The notes under the pieces are model-generated. The model saw nothing but the letters and a program-made list of their open reading frames with translations, had not been told where the DNA came from and did no database searches. Both the position numbers and the translations under genes were made by a program. Below are positions 53,305-63,299 of a stretch of DNA of 64,000 nucleotides, one piece after another. The DNA is from an uncultured Gammaproteobacteria bacterium (GTDB taxonomy: Bacteria > Pseudomonadota > Gammaproteobacteria > UBA9214). The stretch lies in NCBI GenBank assembly GCA_963748215.1, contig CAVVHS010000005.1:225771-289770 (forward strand), read 5' to 3'. Positions within the stretch are counted from its first letter, which is position 1. Every line of letters begins with the position of its first letter.

Positions 53305-54480
53305 ATGAGTTGTCAATCGGATATAAAGAAGACCGTGCTGCAGGGTGTCTACGAGGACAACGCGGGCATACCCCGTTCCTTTCGTGGCAAGGGGCGAACG
53401 AGACACGCTATCGGGGCACAGCCTGCCGGGCAACGGACCTGGTACCGAAGCAGGGCTGTGGTCGTCGCCTTACTGGGCCTTGTTGCACTGGTCGGCATCA
53501 ACTTCCGGCTGGTCACGGTGGACGTAACCGGGCCGGTCGCCATGCAGGTGCTGGACGAGCCGTCCCTGACCTTGCCGGCGATACCCATGTCCATGCTGGC
53601 CAGTCCGGGGGTTGCGCCCGGCATCGACAGCGTACCTCCATCCAGTCTTGAGCCATTGCAGGCCATCAGGGATGCTGCCACCACGAGCGGTCATTATGAC
53701 GCCATGCTTGGCCGTCTCGGCATGTCGATGGCAGACCTGTTCAACCTCAAGGTTCAGACGATCGTCATCGACCCGGGACACGGCGGAATCGATCCGGGCG
53801 CCACGGGCCATCAGGGCCTGAAGGAGAAGGACGTCGTGCTGGATATCGCCAGGCGACTCAGGGACAAGCTCGCCGGGTCCGGGAAGTATCGCGTCCTGCT
53901 TACCCGTGACGAGGACAAAAAGGTCTATCTGAAAGAGCGGGTGGCCTTCGCGAAGGAGAACCGCGCGGACCTGTTCATCTCGATCCATATCAACTCCCTC
54001 CCGGCCGAGGCCCGACAGCTCAATTATGTCGAGACCTATTACTTCGGGCCGCACACGGATCAGCGCTCACTGGAACTGGCAGAGAAGGAAAACCACGACT
54101 CCGACTACCTCATGGGGGACTTTCGCGAGGTCATCGCCAGGATCGGCGACACGCTGAAGACCGAGGAATCGAAAGAGCTTGCCGGCTCCATACACAAACG
54201 CCTTTACAGCAATCTGAAACGCCACAATCGTGATCTGCTTAACGCCAGATCGAAGACAGGACCGTTTATGGTACTGTTGGGTGTGGAGGTGCCGAGCGTG
54301 CTGGTGGAGGTTTCCTGCATCAGCAACAAGGCGGAGGAAACCCGGTTGAATAGCCCACAGTATCGTGACGCTGTTGCGGGCTACCTGAGGACGGGGATCA
54401 TCGAATACCTTGAACAGCGCGAATACCGCAGATCTATAGAAAGAGGAAAAACACAACATGTCGCCAAGCAAGAAAGATAA
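53305..54480 (+). CDS. Membrane-anchored N-acetylmuramoyl-L-alanine amidase (Amidase_3)
   Basis: IVIDPGHGG.DPGA, LKEKD, LTR, ADLFISIH.N, PSVLVEV; TM at VVVALLGLVALVGI. Confidence 0.92.
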   Translation: MSCQSDIKKTVLQGVYEDNAGIPRSFRGKGRTRHAIGAQPAGQRTWYRSRAVVVALLGLVALVGINFRLVTVDVTGPVAMQVLDEPSLTLPAIPMSMLASPGVAPGIDSVPPSSLEPLQAIRDAATTSGHYDAMLGRLGMSMADLFNLKVQTIVIDPGHGGIDPGATGHQGLKEKDVVLDIARRLRDKLAGSGKYRVLLTRDEDKKVYLKERVAFAKENRADLFISIHINSLPAEARQLNYVETYYFGPHTDQRSLELAEKENHDSDYLMGDFREVIARIGDTLKTEESKELAGSIHKRLYSNLKRHNRDLLNARSKTGPFMVLLGVEVPSVLVEVSCISNKAEETRLNSPQYRDAVAGYLRTGIIEYLEQREYRRSIERGKTQHVAKQER

Positions 54481-55477
54481 CATGCTATACGTCGGGATTG
54501 ACCTGGGCACCTCCAGGTCGGTGGTATCCGCCAGCAATGGAAACCGCAAATGGGTGGAGAGCTATGTCGGCTGGCCAAAGGATTTCGTTGCCAAGAAGAT
54601 GCTCGGTAAAAGCGTGCTGTTCGGCAGCGAGGCCCTCGAGCACCGGCTTGCGCTTCATCTCACCCGTCCACTGCGCAACGGCATTATCACGGAAGGCACC
54701 GAGCGGGACGAGGCCGCCGTGCATGAGTTGATCGACCACCTGATCGAACTGGCCGGGGCAGGTCCGGATAACGAGATCTGTGTTGCGGTAGGTGTCCCGG
54801 CCGAAGCGCTCAAGGTCAACAAGATTGCCATCAGGAATGCCGTGGCCCAGCATGCCAAGAAGCTGATGGTGGTTTCCGAGCCCTTCTCCGTGGCCTACGG
54901 ACTGGGCGCGCTGGACAACACCATGATCATCGATATCGGCGCCGGCACCGTGGATTTCTGCATCATGCATGGCACCGTACCTGCGGATGAGGACCAGCGG
55001 AGCATCCTCATGGCGGGCGACTACGTGGACGAGCAGCTATTCAAGCTGCTGTCGGAAAAACACCCCGAGGCCGATTTCTCAATCAACACCGTGCGCAAGT
55101 TCAAGGAAAAACACGGCTTCGTGGGGGAGCCGAAGCGGCGGGTCAAGATCGAGGCACCGGTGGACGGGAAATTCACGGAATTCGATATCACCAACGAAAT
55201 GCGCAAGGCCTGCGAGAGTCCCATGCCTGCCATTGTCGAGACTGTCATCGACCTCATCGGGAGCTTCGACCCCGAGTTCCAGGAAAGCGTGCGCAACAAC
55301 ATCATTATTGCGGGTGGCGGGAGCCAGCTCACGGGCCTGGATACCTATCTCGGCGAAGCCACCAGGCAATTCGGACCCTGCAGTTTTTCCTGCATCACTG
55401 ATCCGCTCTATGCGGGTGCGGATGGCGCGCTGGAACTGGCAGTGGACATGCCCGAGGAATTCCTCGAGAAACTGTAA
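54458..55477 (+). CDS. MamK-like bacterial actin
   Basis: GIDLGTS, VGWPKD, VGVPA, VVSEPF.VAYGL, IDIGAGT.D, GTVP..EDQ, AGDYVDE, AGGGS; GAGG RBS inside the amidase 3' end. Confidence 0.9.
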   Translation: MSPSKKDNMLYVGIDLGTSRSVVSASNGNRKWVESYVGWPKDFVAKKMLGKSVLFGSEALEHRLALHLTRPLRNGIITEGTERDEAAVHELIDHLIELAGAGPDNEICVAVGVPAEALKVNKIAIRNAVAQHAKKLMVVSEPFSVAYGLGALDNTMIIDIGAGTVDFCIMHGTVPADEDQRSILMAGDYVDEQLFKLLSEKHPEADFSINTVRKFKEKHGFVGEPKRRVKIEAPVDGKFTEFDITNEMRKACESPMPAIVETVIDLIGSFDPEFQESVRNNIIIAGGGSQLTGLDTYLGEATRQFGPCSFSCITDPLYAGADGALELAVDMPEEFLEKL

Positions 55478-55518
55478 GCAACCGGTTGTACCCTGCGCGG
55501 GTACGGCCCGTCGCCAAC

Positions 55519-55702
55519 AAAAACAGGCCGGATACATTTTCCAGGTGGGACCTCCCCTGATTGAGTGGGTAACACATCAATTCAGACGAGACGCATCGCT
55601 TCTGATGGCAAGGCTGTTGGCCGAATGAATTCGGCCCTACAACGGTAATCTAGCTACTCGGTTTGGGGAAGCGCCTTCCAGGTAAACGTATCCGGCCCCG
55701 TT
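55519..55702. repeat. Inverted repeat pair GGCCGGATACATTT ... AAACGTATCCGGCC
   Basis: Same motif forms the hairpin at 58032-58076. Confidence 0.55.
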
Positions 55703-55739
55703 ATGGTGTTCAGGTCCTCGCCCACCGACTCTACATAAT

Positions 55740-56477
55740 CTACCGATCCTGCGCCTGGTCCTCCGGTGGCCCGCTCAGTATTTTCCGTCCCGTGATCATG
55801 GCGGATACCAGGTTGCCGCCGCCGCGCAGCTCGGTGATAACGACGGCCAGGATGTGGATCACCCCGAGGCCGAGCAACACGAAAAACCCGTTCTCGTGAA
55901 TTTCGATGAAGGGCCCGCGAAAGGCGCGCATGGCCTCGTAGGCGGCCGCGTCGTAGGTCTCCTTCGCATAGGGCATGAGCGTAGCCGGATCGACACCCGG
56001 GGCGGCGATCCAGCCCGCGATCCAGGACCCGAGGGGCGGATAGAAAATATCCGTACCGGCCAGTACCAGCCCGGTGACCGCCTGCACCACCAGGAGTAAC
56101 AGCAGCAGGGTTACCGCGATGCGTCCGAGCGGGTTGTGCCCGATGTACTGCAGCGGCCGCCCGGCGCTGAAACCGGCCCGGTAGGCCCGCACCTTGTCCA
56201 GGTAGCCGGGGCCACCAGGCAGAATCGCCCGCCAGCGGGCATGCGGCCCGCCGATAAAGGCCCAGACCAGACGCCACGCCAGGTTCAGCGCAAACACATA
56301 GCCGATCCAGACATGCACGGTCTTCAACAGGATTTTGCCGTCGTTGGTCACGCCCAGTGCCTTGTCATTCATGATAACCAGGCCAACGGCGATCAGTCCG
56401 ATCATGCACAGCAGGTTGATCCAGTGAAACCAGCGGACGGAGGCGTCCCAGGCGGGATAGGATTTCAGGTCGTTCAT
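55740..56477 (-). CDS. Cytochrome b (Ni-hydrogenase CytB / b561-like)
   Basis: WD..VRWFHWIN, HVWIGY, GHNPLG, IHE, IHI.AV, AMITG. Confidence 0.88.
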   Translation of the reverse strand: MNDLKSYPAWDASVRWFHWINLLCMIGLIAVGLVIMNDKALGVTNDGKILLKTVHVWIGYVFALNLAWRLVWAFIGGPHARWRAILPGGPGYLDKVRAYRAGFSAGRPLQYIGHNPLGRIAVTLLLLLLVVQAVTGLVLAGTDIFYPPLGSWIAGWIAAPGVDPATLMPYAKETYDAAAYEAMRAFRGPFIEIHENGFFVLLGLGVIHILAVVITELRGGGNLVSAMITGRKILSGPPEDQAQDR

Positions 56478-56619
56478 GGTGGGTCTCCGGTTACTCGTTT
56501 TTTACCAGGCACAACAACCCGGGTTGAGCCTCGATTCATGGAACAGGACATAGTATTTCACGCGACTAATTCAATACAACCCAATGTCCGCCTACGGCCG
56601 CGAATTGCCGCCGCTCATA

Positions 56620-56646
56620 TGAAAACGGCGACCCGAAGGTCGCCGC
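56620..56646 (-). terminator. Rho-independent terminator after the beta-barrel gene
   Basis: Minus strand CGGCGACC-TTCG-GGTCGCCG-TTTTC. Confidence 0.8.
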
Positions 56647-56672
56647 TACCGGGGCAATACTGCCGGCAGGAC

Positions 56673-57224
56673 TCAGAATTTCAGAACCGCGCTGATGGAA
56701 AGCAGGTCAACATCGTCCCCGTCGGCATCAAGACGCTCCCACTCACCGCGGAAACCGATGGTGTCACTCAGGGCAACCTCTGCACCGAATCCGTAGGTCA
56801 GATCCGTGCCGTCATCATCGACACTTCCAAAACCGGTGGCCGATGCCTCGGCATCCCAGAACGCGAAACCCAGCTTGGCGAACAGGGAAAATCTATCATT
56901 CAGCGGTATCGTGCCCTTTCCGGCTATAGCAAATGCAGTTGCCTCCAGCGTGACCGATGTGGCGCCAGCCGAGGCACTCAACTCTCCGTAATCCGTATAA
57001 CTGCCCTCGATGGCGATATTTTCATTCAATTCATAGCCACCGAAGAACTTGAACCCGGTATCCTCGTCATCACAACTGGTTGCACCCAGCGCAAGCAGGT
57101 CGCCGCAGGCATCCACGCTTGCTTGCCCGACACCTGCACCCACATAGCCGCCCGCGAAGGCAGATCCTGACAGTGCAAGCGCCAGTGCAATCACAGATGT
57201 CTTCAGGTAAATATGCTTCATCAT
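56673..57224 (-). CDS. OmpA-like 8-stranded outer-membrane beta-barrel protein
   Basis: Signal peptide, GYVGAGVG, FGGY..N.N.A.E..Y.D.G, C-terminal Phe. Confidence 0.88.
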   Translation of the reverse strand: MMKHIYLKTSVIALALALSGSAFAGGYVGAGVGQASVDACGDLLALGATSCDDEDTGFKFFGGYELNENIAIEGSYTDYGELSASAGATSVTLEATAFAIAGKGTIPLNDRFSLFAKLGFAFWDAEASATGFGSVDDDGTDLTYGFGAEVALSDTIGFRGEWERLDADGDDVDLLSISAVLKF

Positions 57225-57618
57225 CACGCTCCCTTAATGTTTTGAAGTTCCTGTCCCGCCAGCCCGGGTACTATCTGCAATGTACTCCGCAGACACGGCA
57301 GTGACGACAGCCGGGTGTAGCACGTAATTACACAAGGCAGGCGGAAAGGCAGTCACAGAACTACCCGGCCAGAATATATGGCATCAGCATGCAGACTGAA
57401 AGAGTTATTATCCCGACCTTCGGCATGCCTGACGGATATGGCCTGTCTAGAACCTATCTCATGATCCCGCGTAGCTCGACTGAACTGTATCGTATCGAGA
57501 ATCACATTGACCCGGCTCGCGCGACGGGGATCCCGGACCGGGTTCTCGGCGAAGCGGCTGCAACATCGTTTATACAAGCGGCATTAACTGCCACAGCGCA
57601 GGACGGAATGACCTGTTC

Positions 57619-58008
57619 CTAGAGACCTTTGGGGTTACCATCGGACACGGTGAATTCAGTCCGGGGTTTGTCATCCTCGATTTTCTGATAAGTCCCGTTG
57701 CCTTGATCGACAACCGGATTGCAACGCTCATGCTCGCCCCAGTCGAGACAGTGCTGTCCATCGTCGGTGACACGCCATGTGCCCTGTATTTTCCCACCCT
57801 CGGCGGTGAGCCTCGTCACGGTACCATCGTCCCGGAAGTAATTGGTGAATGCCTCGCCCTTCTGCAGGTTGCTGCAGTGCATGGTGTTATTGGCCAGCAG
57901 ATGCGTGACCTCGGCAGCCGACATCTGCCCGGCTGCAAACAGGGTGCCGGAAAAGGTCAGCGCCGGAAGTAAGAGCACAACCTGCCCGAATTTCAAAAAC
58001 GTTCCCAT
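57619..58008 (-). CDS. Secreted hypothetical protein (DUF995-like)
   Basis: Signal peptide, S.AEV..LL..NT, GTWRV..DG..CL.W, GNP.GL; GGA RBS. Confidence 0.65.
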   Translation of the reverse strand: MGTFLKFGQVVLLLPALTFSGTLFAAGQMSAAEVTHLLANNTMHCSNLQKGEAFTNYFRDDGTVTRLTAEGGKIQGTWRVTDDGQHCLDWGEHERCNPVVDQGNGTYQKIEDDKPRTEFTVSDGNPKGL

Positions 58009-58031
58009 CTGTCCTGTCTCACCTGTCACAT

Positions 58032-58076
58032 AAAAAAAGGGCCGGACACATTTAATGGCAAATGTATCCGGCCCCT
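58032..58076 (-). terminator. Hairpin plus U-tract after the CSLREA gene
   Basis: Minus strand GGGGCCGGATACATTT...AAATGTGTCCGGCCCTTTTTTT. Confidence 0.7.
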
Positions 58077-58143
58077 TGCTTGTATGAAGGCATGCCCCTT
58101 CCTTTTCAGGAAGGGGCATGCGGCGTACCGCACGGCAAGTGCT

Positions 58144-60062
58144 TCAGCCGTTCAAGCTGCGGCGCCGGAAGCCCCAGTAGAGACCGGCTGCGGCCAGCAG
58201 CAGCGGGAACAGCGGGTCGAATCCACGCTGCGTGCCGGCGACACTACAACCACCGCCGCCACCACCACCACCGACCGCGGGTGCTTCCACGGCGCCGACA
58301 TCGCAGATCACGACGCCATCACCGTTGCCGTCGTTCCGGCGCGGAAAGCCCGTGCCGCGCTGATCGAACGCCGAAGCCAGTGCCTGGCAAGCGGCATCAT
58401 CACCCGCGTCGATGGCCGGACTGCCGGCCCCCAGGGCCTGCGTTTCGGTCAGGCCGCCGTTGTCCAGCAGCACACCCAGCAGGGCATCGGTATTGATCTG
58501 GTCCGAGAGTAAGACCGCGTCCATATCGCAACTGTCGCCGTCCTCGAGGTTGAAGCCGCCCGAGACCATCTCTCCTCCAGCGCAGGGTCCGCCGCCGCTG
58601 CAACCGCAATTGGATAATACCGGTGCCAGCGCGTTCTTCTGGTTGTTCTGCAGTACCGTGCTGGTGAAGTTGAATACGCCCGGACCGAAGGAGTTCAGAC
58701 CCGCACCACCACCGGGGGCATCAGTGTCAGCGAAGTTATCCGCCACCGTGACGCTTTGCAGGTTGACCGTGCCGTTGGTGTTGATACCGCCGGCCACGTC
58801 GGAGGCCAGGTTACCGCTCACCGTGCTGTTTGTGATATCGATGGTTACAAGGGCACGTCCGGCGATTCCGCCACCACCGATGGCCTCGTTGCCGTTGATC
58901 GCGCTGTGCGAGATCGTGGTCGTGTGCGAACCGGTGTCGAACAGACCGCCGCCGTTCTCGCCGACGTTGCCGTTGGCCAGGTCCGGAAACTGCGCGATCG
59001 TGGCAGGATCGAAGACCGCGCCCACCAGTGACTCGGTCACGGTCATATCTGCGTCGTTGTAGATGCCGCCGCCATTGGCGCCGCTGAAGTTGCCGCTGAC
59101 CGCGGTCTGGTTGAGTGTTGCCGGCACGGCACTGTAGAGTCCGCCGCCATCGGCACCGGCCCAGCTGCTGACAATGGCCACCCGGTTGAGGGTCACGCTA
59201 TCGATGCCAAAGCCTTCTTCCTCACCGGGCTTGCCGCCGGGGAACGGTCCGCCATCGTCGGAACCGCCGCCGCCGCCCATGCCGCCACCGACAGCGCCGC
59301 CCGGACCGTGTACGGTTTCCTCGTACAGCACCACGCCATAGCCCGCACCCAGCGCGATGGCGCCGCCCATGCGGCGGAACTGCCAGATCGTCAGCTGGTC
59401 AGGAACAGTGGCATCGATGGCGATGTCGTAGGCGTTGGTAATCTCGAGCGCGTAGGACGCTGCGTCGGTGGGAATCAGACCCACCTCGCCGTTCACCACC
59501 GCCAGGTCCTGGATCACCACGCTGGCGATGTTGGCTTCCGCACCGGCCGCAACCTGCACATGGAAAATGCGGTCGCCGGTCAGCGGATCCGTATCCTCCA
59601 CGGGCAGTTGCCCCCAGTTGGCCGGGTCACCCAGCCGATCGCGGTCTCCTCGATACCTGCGCCGGTAATGGTCAGGTCATCGGTGATATCCAGGTCGCCG
59701 ATACTTGCATCCGCCGTGATCACCGGCAGATAGGGATTGCCCTCGGTGCCATCGCCGCTACAGGGCATGTCACCATCGCAGCGCTCGTCCACACCAGCAA
59801 TCGTCAGGGAAATATCCCCCACCGGCAGGGTGATCGTGTCGATGACACCGACCGACGCATTGGCCTGCATCACCGCCGCACGCAGGGTACAGGCGTTGTT
59901 TGCCGTCAGGCAGACCCCATCATTCAGGTCGGCATCGATTTCGTCAACTGCAATTTCGTCAACGATAAAATCCGCCGCCTGGGCAACACATAGCCCCAGC
60001 CCGCAGACGCCGGCCAGGCCGGCGCGTAATGCAAATCTGCTGATCATTCCAGAACCCGCCAT
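58144..60062 (-). CDS. CSLREA-domain / choice-of-anchor Q surface protein with a JDVT-CTERM-like sorting tail; one gene split by a 1-nt frameshift near 59631
   Basis: CTLRAAVMQAN, GDLDIT, DRIFHV, GGG repeats, DNGG.T.T.AL..GSPAIDAG, DQRG, CDVGAVE, GGGGC...FDP-TM-RRR. Confidence 0.85.
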
Positions 60063-60256
60063 ATCTATCTCCTTATGTTGTTGTAATCACGTGAGAGTAT
60101 TCAGGTTTTTAAGTATAACCCTGCCGACAGCTTAAGGCGCGTGAGAGTGTCCGACACTGACATGCATCGATTCAAGCGCACACTTTTTTGGGAACTTATT
60201 ACCAGACAAGCCGCAAGTGTAACATATCAGGGCTGGGCGTGAATAACTCACTGAGA

Positions 60257-61855
60257 TCACATGTACCTGCCCCTGATAACGTTTGCTTTCAGCGTTTGAA
60301 CGAAATATAACGAAATATAATGGTTTGGGCAGTCGCCGATATCGCGGCGATGCTGGCGGTGAATTTCGTCGGCGAGATCGACAAATTCCTCGTGCCGCTC
60401 GTTCAGGTAATAAATCTCGGCAAGCCGTAACTTGGCGCGATGGTTGTTCGGCGCATCGGCGATGGTCTGCTCGAGCATGGCCTCGGCTTCGTTGTATTGG
60501 CCATGGGCGATACGGGTTTCGATCTCGTCCAGCGAGGCGCGCGGGCCGGACAGGATATCGGCCGGGCGCAACATGCCCGGCACGGGCTCGCTGCCGGTGT
60601 CGCGACGGCCGGCGATCATGCGCTTCACTTCGTCCTCGAGCTGCGCGCGTTTTTCAGTCTTGCGGGCAATCTCCGCCACCAGCTCGCGATCCGCGCTGCG
60701 TACGCCGGCATCGCTCAAGCGGTTGCGCAGCCGACGTCCGATACGCAGACCACCGAGCAGCAGCGCTGCGGCCAGCAGCACCGCGCCGATACCGAGCAGA
60801 ATCTTGCCGTCGACATTGCGTGCGAGCGTATCCAGCAGCGACTCCGCTTTGGCGCTCGGCGCCGGCGCGTTCACTTTGGGGGCGGGCTTGGCGATTTTGC
60901 TGACGGCCTTCGCCGGCGCAACGGCCTCGGCCGCATGAGGGTTGGCCGAAGTTTTGTCGGCCACGGCGACGGTCGGGTTTGATTTCAGTTGGGGCGCAGC
61001 GAGGGTCGGCTGTGAGGACGCGGAGCTTGTCGCTGATTGACGCTGCTGCGCGGCATAGCGCGCGCGGATCTCGGCAAACTGCGTCGCAAGACGTTCGAGG
61101 CGCGCAGCAGTATCGGCATCGATGGCTTGCTTGCCGTCGCGTGCCGCCGTCGCGCGCGGCGCAGCTTTTGCGACGCTTCGGCCCTCGGGCAAGCGCAGGG
61201 TGACACCAACACGCAGGCGCGTCGCATCACCGCCGACAAAGGCCTGCGGATTGGCAGCAACGATATCCTTCATGAGCTGTTGGCTGCCCGTGCCGGCCAG
61301 GCCGGTCTCCTGCAGGATTCCCCACAGCGACTGCCCGGCTCGCACCGGACCGTATTCATTCGTCAGCGCAGTCAGCGTCGCCGGCGCCGAGGCTTCATTG
61401 CCTGCTAGCGTCGCACGCGGCGCGCGACGTGCCGGGGCTTTGCGCACGGTGGCTGTCGCGGCAGTCAGGCGCGGCGCAGGCGCGGCGGGAATGGTCAATT
61501 CAAAGTGACGGACCACGGCATGGATGCCGTCGCGCAGGCGCACGCGCAGCGACAGACTCGTCGCATCAAACGCACGCGCGCTGGTGATGACGAGCGCCTG
61601 TTCACCGTATTCGTTGGTTTCGATGCGGGCATGAACATCGAACAGCGCGAGAGTGTCGGTGTCGGCACCAAAGGCCGGCAGCAATTCGGCTTGAAGATCG
61701 TGCGCCGCGACCGTCGCCGGGCCGTACAAAGTCACGCGCGCCAGCAGCGGTTGGCCACGTACCGACTCGCTGCTGATTTGTCCCATCTGCACTGCCGAGG
61801 CCTCGTGGCCCAAGGCAAGCATGATCAGCAAACTCGAAAATCTCGGTATAGTCAT
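60257..61855 (-). CDS. FimV/HubP-like protein, apparently 3'-truncated near 60330
   Basis: Signal peptide, S..GQPL.A, LysM-like YGPVRAGQSLWGI..NPQAF, TM, TPR-like KLAEIY; last 24 aa come from unrelated AT-rich DNA. Confidence 0.75.
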   Translation of the reverse strand: MTIPRFSSLLIMLALGHEASAVQMGQISSESVRGQPLLARVTLYGPATVAAHDLQAELLPAFGADTDTLALFDVHARIETNEYGEQALVITSARAFDATSLSLRVRLRDGIHAVVRHFELTIPAAPAPRLTAATATVRKAPARRAPRATLAGNEASAPATLTALTNEYGPVRAGQSLWGILQETGLAGTGSQQLMKDIVAANPQAFVGGDATRLRVGVTLRLPEGRSVAKAAPRATAARDGKQAIDADTAARLERLATQFAEIRARYAAQQRQSATSSASSQPTLAAPQLKSNPTVAVADKTSANPHAAEAVAPAKAVSKIAKPAPKVNAPAPSAKAESLLDTLARNVDGKILLGIGAVLLAAALLLGGLRIGRRLRNRLSDAGVRSADRELVAEIARKTEKRAQLEDEVKRMIAGRRDTGSEPVPGMLRPADILSGPRASLDEIETRIAHGQYNEAEAMLEQTIADAPNNHRAKLRLAEIYYLNERHEEFVDLADEIHRQHRRDIGDCPNHYISLYFVQTLKANVIRGRYM

Positions 61856-62009
61856 CTTTCTCTCCGTGCGCCGGATTTACGCGGGGTTGGCCGGAAGCTG
61901 TCATGCAAGATGTGATGACGGCCAAGGAACCCAGCCGCGTGTATCACGCTTAGCGGCGCGCGGCCCCGATACTTGACCCCCTCGCCGCAGCGCGACTGGA
62001 GACCTCATT

Positions 62010-62597
62010 GTGAAGGCCAACGCTTTCGATCAAGCCTATTTCGAGCGCTATTACTTCAACCGCCGAACGCGCATCGCAGAACCGGCGTATTTCGACCAAC
62101 TGTCCGCATTTGTCGGTGCCTATCTCAAACTTCTGGACTGCCCGGTAGGGCGTATTCTCGATATCGGCTGCGGCGCCGGCCTGTTACACCGAGGTCTCAA
62201 GCGTGCCTTTCATGGCGCCAAAATCGACGCCTGCGATGTCAGCGAATACGTCTGCGAACGTTTTGGTTGGCAATGCGTGAGTATTGAAGATCTGGAAGTA
62301 AAGAGCAGCTACGACCTCGTCATCTGTCACGATGTTTTGCAATATCTGGATGACAAGGCCGCCAAGCGCGCCATCGAAAAACTTGCCGCGCTCAGCCAGT
62401 GTGCATTGCTGTTTGGTGTATTGACCCGCGAAGACTGGGAGAACAACTGCGACCAGACCCTGACCGACAGCAATGCGCACATGCGCAGCACGGCCTGGTA
62501 TCGCCGCCAGCTCGGCGCGCACTTCCACAACGCCGGCGGTGGCATCTATATCAAGCGCGATGCGAACGTGGTGCTGTACTCGCTGGAGTCGTTCTGA
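62010..62597 (+). CDS. Class I SAM-dependent methyltransferase
   Basis: ILDIGCGAG, YDLVICHDVLQYL. Confidence 0.88.
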   Translation: MKANAFDQAYFERYYFNRRTRIAEPAYFDQLSAFVGAYLKLLDCPVGRILDIGCGAGLLHRGLKRAFHGAKIDACDVSEYVCERFGWQCVSIEDLEVKSSYDLVICHDVLQYLDDKAAKRAIEKLAALSQCALLFGVLTREDWENNCDQTLTDSNAHMRSTAWYRRQLGAHFHNAGGGIYIKRDANVVLYSLESF

Positions 62598-62607
62598 GCG
62601 CGTCGCA

Positions 62608-63167
62608 TCAGCCGGCGAGCGGAATGAAGCGTAAGGCCACGCCGTTGTTACACCAGCGTTGGCCGGTAGGCGCGGGGCCGTCATCGAAAACATGGCCCTG
62701 ATGGCCACCGCATTTGGTGCAGTGGTATTCGGTGCGCGGCAGGATCAGTTTGAAGTCCTGCTTGGTGGCGAGATGAGTTTCGATGGTGGTGTAAAAACTC
62801 GGCCAGCCGGTGCCGCTGTCGAATTTCATGTCGGAGTGAACAGTGGTAGGTCGCAGGCGCGACACACGAACAGTCCGTCGCGCTTTTCATCGTTGAGGGC
62901 GCTGCTGAAAGGTCTCTCGGTATTCTCCTTGAACAACACGCCATAGGCGTCGGCCGGCAACTGCGCTCGCCAGTCGTCGTGGCTGCGGGTCAGGGCGGGG
63001 AGAGCGTTGACGATGGTGACACCCGGCGCGCGCAAGGCCTGCCAGTTCTTGCGCAACTCGGCGAGCGCGGCGGCATCGGCTGCGCTCGCGGCATGTACCC
63101 GCGCGCTGCCGAACAAGGCCGACGCCAGACCGCCGACACTGAACTTGAGTAGGTTCCTGCGCTTCAT
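62608..63167 (-). CDS. msrB: Tat-exported methionine-R-sulfoxide reductase, 1-nt frameshift near 62836
   Basis: MKRRNLLK Tat signal; TERPFSS, CRAC in one frame; KFDSGTGWPSF, HC.KCGGHQGHVFDDGP.PTG.R.CNNG in the next. Confidence 0.9.
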
Positions 63168-63177
63168 CTCACCGCTC

Positions 63178-63299
63178 ACCCAAACACAGAGACCCAAACC
63201 CAGACACCAACCCAAAGGTACCCAAACCCCAACCCCAAACCCCAAACCCCAAACCCCAAACCCCAAACCCCAAACCCCAAACCCCAAACCCCAAACCCC
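63178..63299 (+). repeat. Telomere-like (CCCCAAA)n tract
   Basis: Nine perfect CCCCAAA units at 63233-63295 plus CCCC, preceded by ~55 bp of degenerate C/A-rich sequence. Confidence 0.92.

Noticed and set aside
54458-55477. Ordinary mreB, or proof of magnetotaxis
   Set aside because: Lacks MreB hallmarks (DLGTANT, EPSVVA, RP.KDGVIAD) and mreCD; no other mam/mms gene is in the window, so magnetotaxis cannot be claimed.
57447-57547. Another CTAG-bounded MITE (CTAGAACC...GATCCC / GGGATC...GGTTCT)
   Set aside because: Arms are too degenerate and there is no second copy in the window.
62820-62845. Programmed frameshift in msrB
   Set aside because: No slippery sequence; a single missing base in an error-prone contig tail is simpler.
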